From the NCBI GenBank assembly GCA_010405405.1, contig MU004240.1, forward strand, positions 696,316-760,315: DNA of 64,000 bases. Direction: 5' to 3'. The position numbers were made by a program, and so were the translations under genes. Position 1 is the first letter of the stretch. Each line of letters opens with the position of its first letter. A model generated the notes under the pieces. The model was not told the origin of the DNA, did not search any database, and saw only the letters and a list, made by a program, of their open reading frames with translations. The DNA comes from Microthyrium microscopicum (Eukaryota). Shown here one piece after another: positions 61,379-64,000 of the stretch.

Positions 61379-61890
61379 GTTGAAGGAATGGACGAGTGTC
61401 GGGTTGGCTCAAGCGCGAGACAATCAGCGCAACATATTCTACAATTGCCTTGGCACAACCAGCTACCTGTTATGAATGCACAAAGGAGTGATAGTCGCTA
61501 AGTGAAAAGAAATACAAAAGTGTCGAAGCTGAGGTTCGATGTCTTCACAGATGTCAGTTCACGATATCCACTTCTAGAAGTGACTAGCGTGAAGCCCCTG
61601 GATCTTAAGCTCGCACGTGTCAAGTCGCCAGCCAACTTCATCCCTTCTTATTCACTATCAAATTCCCTTTGAAATCTTACTCGTATCAGTGGTTAGTGGT
61701 ACCGTAAGTTGTTCCATTGAAAGAGCGCGGGAAAATGTTGAGGCCAAGAATAAATAAAACAGGCGACCTGTCTAAGACTGAGCACGAAATATGACGAGTC
61801 AATCAAAGCCTTGGACTTTGGAACCAAGCAGAATCTCAAGCAAAATGCCTCGATCATTCAATATGTGTATACTGGCGGTAGAGAGTCAAC

Positions 61891-63144
61891 TTAACCCCAT
61901 CTCTGGCAAGCTTTCAACTCAGGGTTGTTCTTCCACGCACAATAGGATATCCAGACTTGTAATGCCGAGAACACGGACGCCAGGATACCGAAGAACACCG
62001 CAAAAGTGAGAGCCAGTACTCCGGCCCAATACATTGACCTTGGGGACTTCTTGCTTTCCGACCACCATCCGAGCTTACTAACAGGCGCCGGATCATCCGC
62101 ATCGAGCCACAGTTCGTAGAGCCGCTCTCCCCAATGTGGAAATTTCTGATAAAGACTGTCCACGTCAGTGGGCTGAAGAGCGTCTCCGGGGCTTTCATGT
62201 TGTTGCTGGTAACGCTGCAAAGCCAGCAAGCGGGGATCGGCCTGAAGTGTCTTGATGCCTCTGTTTAGTATGGCGCGTGAGCGCCTCTCATGAGGTGGAA
62301 ATAGCATCTCTAAACTACGGAGAGTTTCGCCGACAAGTTCCTGACTGAGACATCTGGATATTGCTCTAACATGACTGTTAATTGATATCAAAGACCAGAA
62401 TGCTCATGCATACTTCTCATCAGCACACTGCTGTGTTCGAGCGAGACATTGCTCCAGAAATCCTGTGTGAGAGAAGACATGCAGATATTTTCCATTAGCC
62501 GTTCTTTCCAACGTTAGATGATCCGGTAGATGAACCGTCCATTCAATTTCAATATCTGCATATCGTTCAAGATACGATGCTGTCAGCTTTTTGAGGTGGA
62601 TCCGTTCCCAGCGCTCTAAGCTCTGCCTTGTACCCTGTGAGTTGAGAGGAAATGTCCGTGCAAGAAAGTTTTCCAGACTCTCAGCATATGACCAGGATGG
62701 TCTGAAAATTTGTCCTGTTGTTACAACGTGGCCGGGAGCTGAAGACCGCGGTGTTACTAGGAATACCATTCTTACTACTAAATCCAACGCCCAATCATCC
62801 ACATGTGCATCCTCATCTGGTGAAGATGATGTACTTGTATGCAACAGCTCAGTGAGCTCCTGGCGAGATTTTCCCGGCGATCGATTTAGGATGTCAACGA
62901 TAGCGATTAGGCGATCGTGTACCCGGTGGTTGCCTCCTTCTGGCGCTACAAGCGACGGATGCAAATGGGCTATTGGAGCTATTTCATCCGCGTAGTACTG
63001 GAACCAGTGATCCAGTCGTCGCTGAGCCTCGTTATTCCAGCTACCGCTCCAAATCGCTGCTGCTAAGTCCTTTCTGGTCTCGCTGTCGATCTCGAAAAGA
63101 ACGTTTGTTTCTTGCACCTGAGGTGGCTCTGTTTCTTGCAACAT
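61891..63144 (-). CDS. Fungal hypothetical protein with C-terminal TM helix (2 exons)
   Basis: ORFs 62404..63261 and 61891..62391 are joined in frame by the 48-nt intron 62366-62413. Motifs IEWTVHLPDHL, ETLRSLEMLFP and FPHWGERL. Confidence 0.8.
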
Positions 63145-63572
63145 CTCGAAAAAGCTTTTTGATTTACAGGTTAACGTTTCTGAAGGGGGGCTGAGCGCTT
63201 TATCTCTGCAACGTCCTACTTTCTGCCTTGCGCTTGTCAACAGGCTGAGGCTGAGCTCCAAGTCTATTCTCTGCCAAGGAATGCATCTGTTTCAATCTTG
63301 ACGCATAAGCGCAACTGACAAGCTCAATTCGCGCGCTTTCTTTTTTGAGTCTGTCTACTTGCGCACTTTCGTATCTCTTCTTTACCATTCTGCAAATTCC
63401 TGATATGGAGCTCATGACTTATTAGTACGGGGGAATTTCCTTGTGGTTGTCGTCCCATCAATTCCACGTCTCGACGCGTACGGAGTAATGCCTAATATGT
63501 CGTAATTACCTACCAAGATCGGTACAACTACTCGGATATACAGCTCCTGGCGAAGGAATTCCAACAACGGCC

Positions 63573-64000
63573 ATGAGTGGTAAAAATCTGGAGGACACAC
63601 AGCCGGGAGCTCTCTTGCCTGTCCATCCGGCCGACGCAGGCCAGGCGATCTCAACGAAACCCGGGCTACGCTCACTACTACTGGCAGAAGGTTGCCGTTT
63701 GGGGAACAGCGTCAGACGTAACAGCATCCCCAGGATAAAGCCAAGCAATTCCGATGTTGGACCACCAACGCCGAACATCCTGATCAATGGCCAGGAAACT
63801 TCAGCTCGAATTGTTCAGCACACCCAGACAGTGAACAATACTGCCAATCTTCCGAAAGCAGAGAAGTGCGTGATTTTTCGCCCAATTACTGAACGATTTA
63901 CTCGGCCGTTATTTGCGTCTCACATAGGAGTTCGGGTCAAAAGCCAACTAACTTTCCGAGATGAAGAAGAAAAGACCTCATGCTACGCCAAGTTGCAGAA
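63573..64000 (+). CDS. Hypothetical protein, 5' part (runs off right edge)
   Basis: 142 open codons from ATG 63573 (MSGKNLEDTQPG...) to the window end. Not in the ORF track. Confidence 0.55.
   Translation, partial: MSGKNLEDTQPGALLPVHPADAGQAISTKPGLRSLLLAEGCRLGNSVRRNSIPRIKPSNSDVGPPTPNILINGQETSARIVQHTQTVNNTANLPKAEKCVIFRPITERFTRPLFASHIGVRVKSQLTFRDEEEKTSCYAKLQ

Overview
Eukaryotic, intron-rich filamentous ascomycete (Pezizomycotina) chromosomal segment with about 27 protein-coding loci. Most are housekeeping genes: HhH-GPD glycosylase (cut by the left edge), BCS1-like AAA ATPase, peroxisomal thiolase, COMT, PAP2 phosphatase, two GNATs, DAGK-family kinase, secreted FAD oxidase, class II cAMP PDE, eEF1B-gamma, three mitoribosomal proteins, carnosine N-methyltransferase, a ~1900-aa DH/PH-like protein, PCM1/AGM1, Rho2, NST1, UPS1, HsbA and a ZRG17-like CDF transporter. 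Structure not captured by the ORF track includes: (i) four diverged copies of a ~213-bp MITE-like element (CAA...TTG termini, 5-bp flanking direct repeats in two copies), each a few hundred bp upstream of a gene; (ii) an snR38-type C/D snoRNA in an eEF1B-gamma intron; (iii) a 6-nt micro-exon in Rho2 and two 14/15-nt micro-exons in PCM1; (iv) a ~360-codon orphan frame broken by one in-frame TAA; (v) Puf-type UGUA-N3-UA elements behind mitochondrial genes. Exon boundaries were read by eye, and no database searches were run. No tRNA, rRNA or CRISPR was found.
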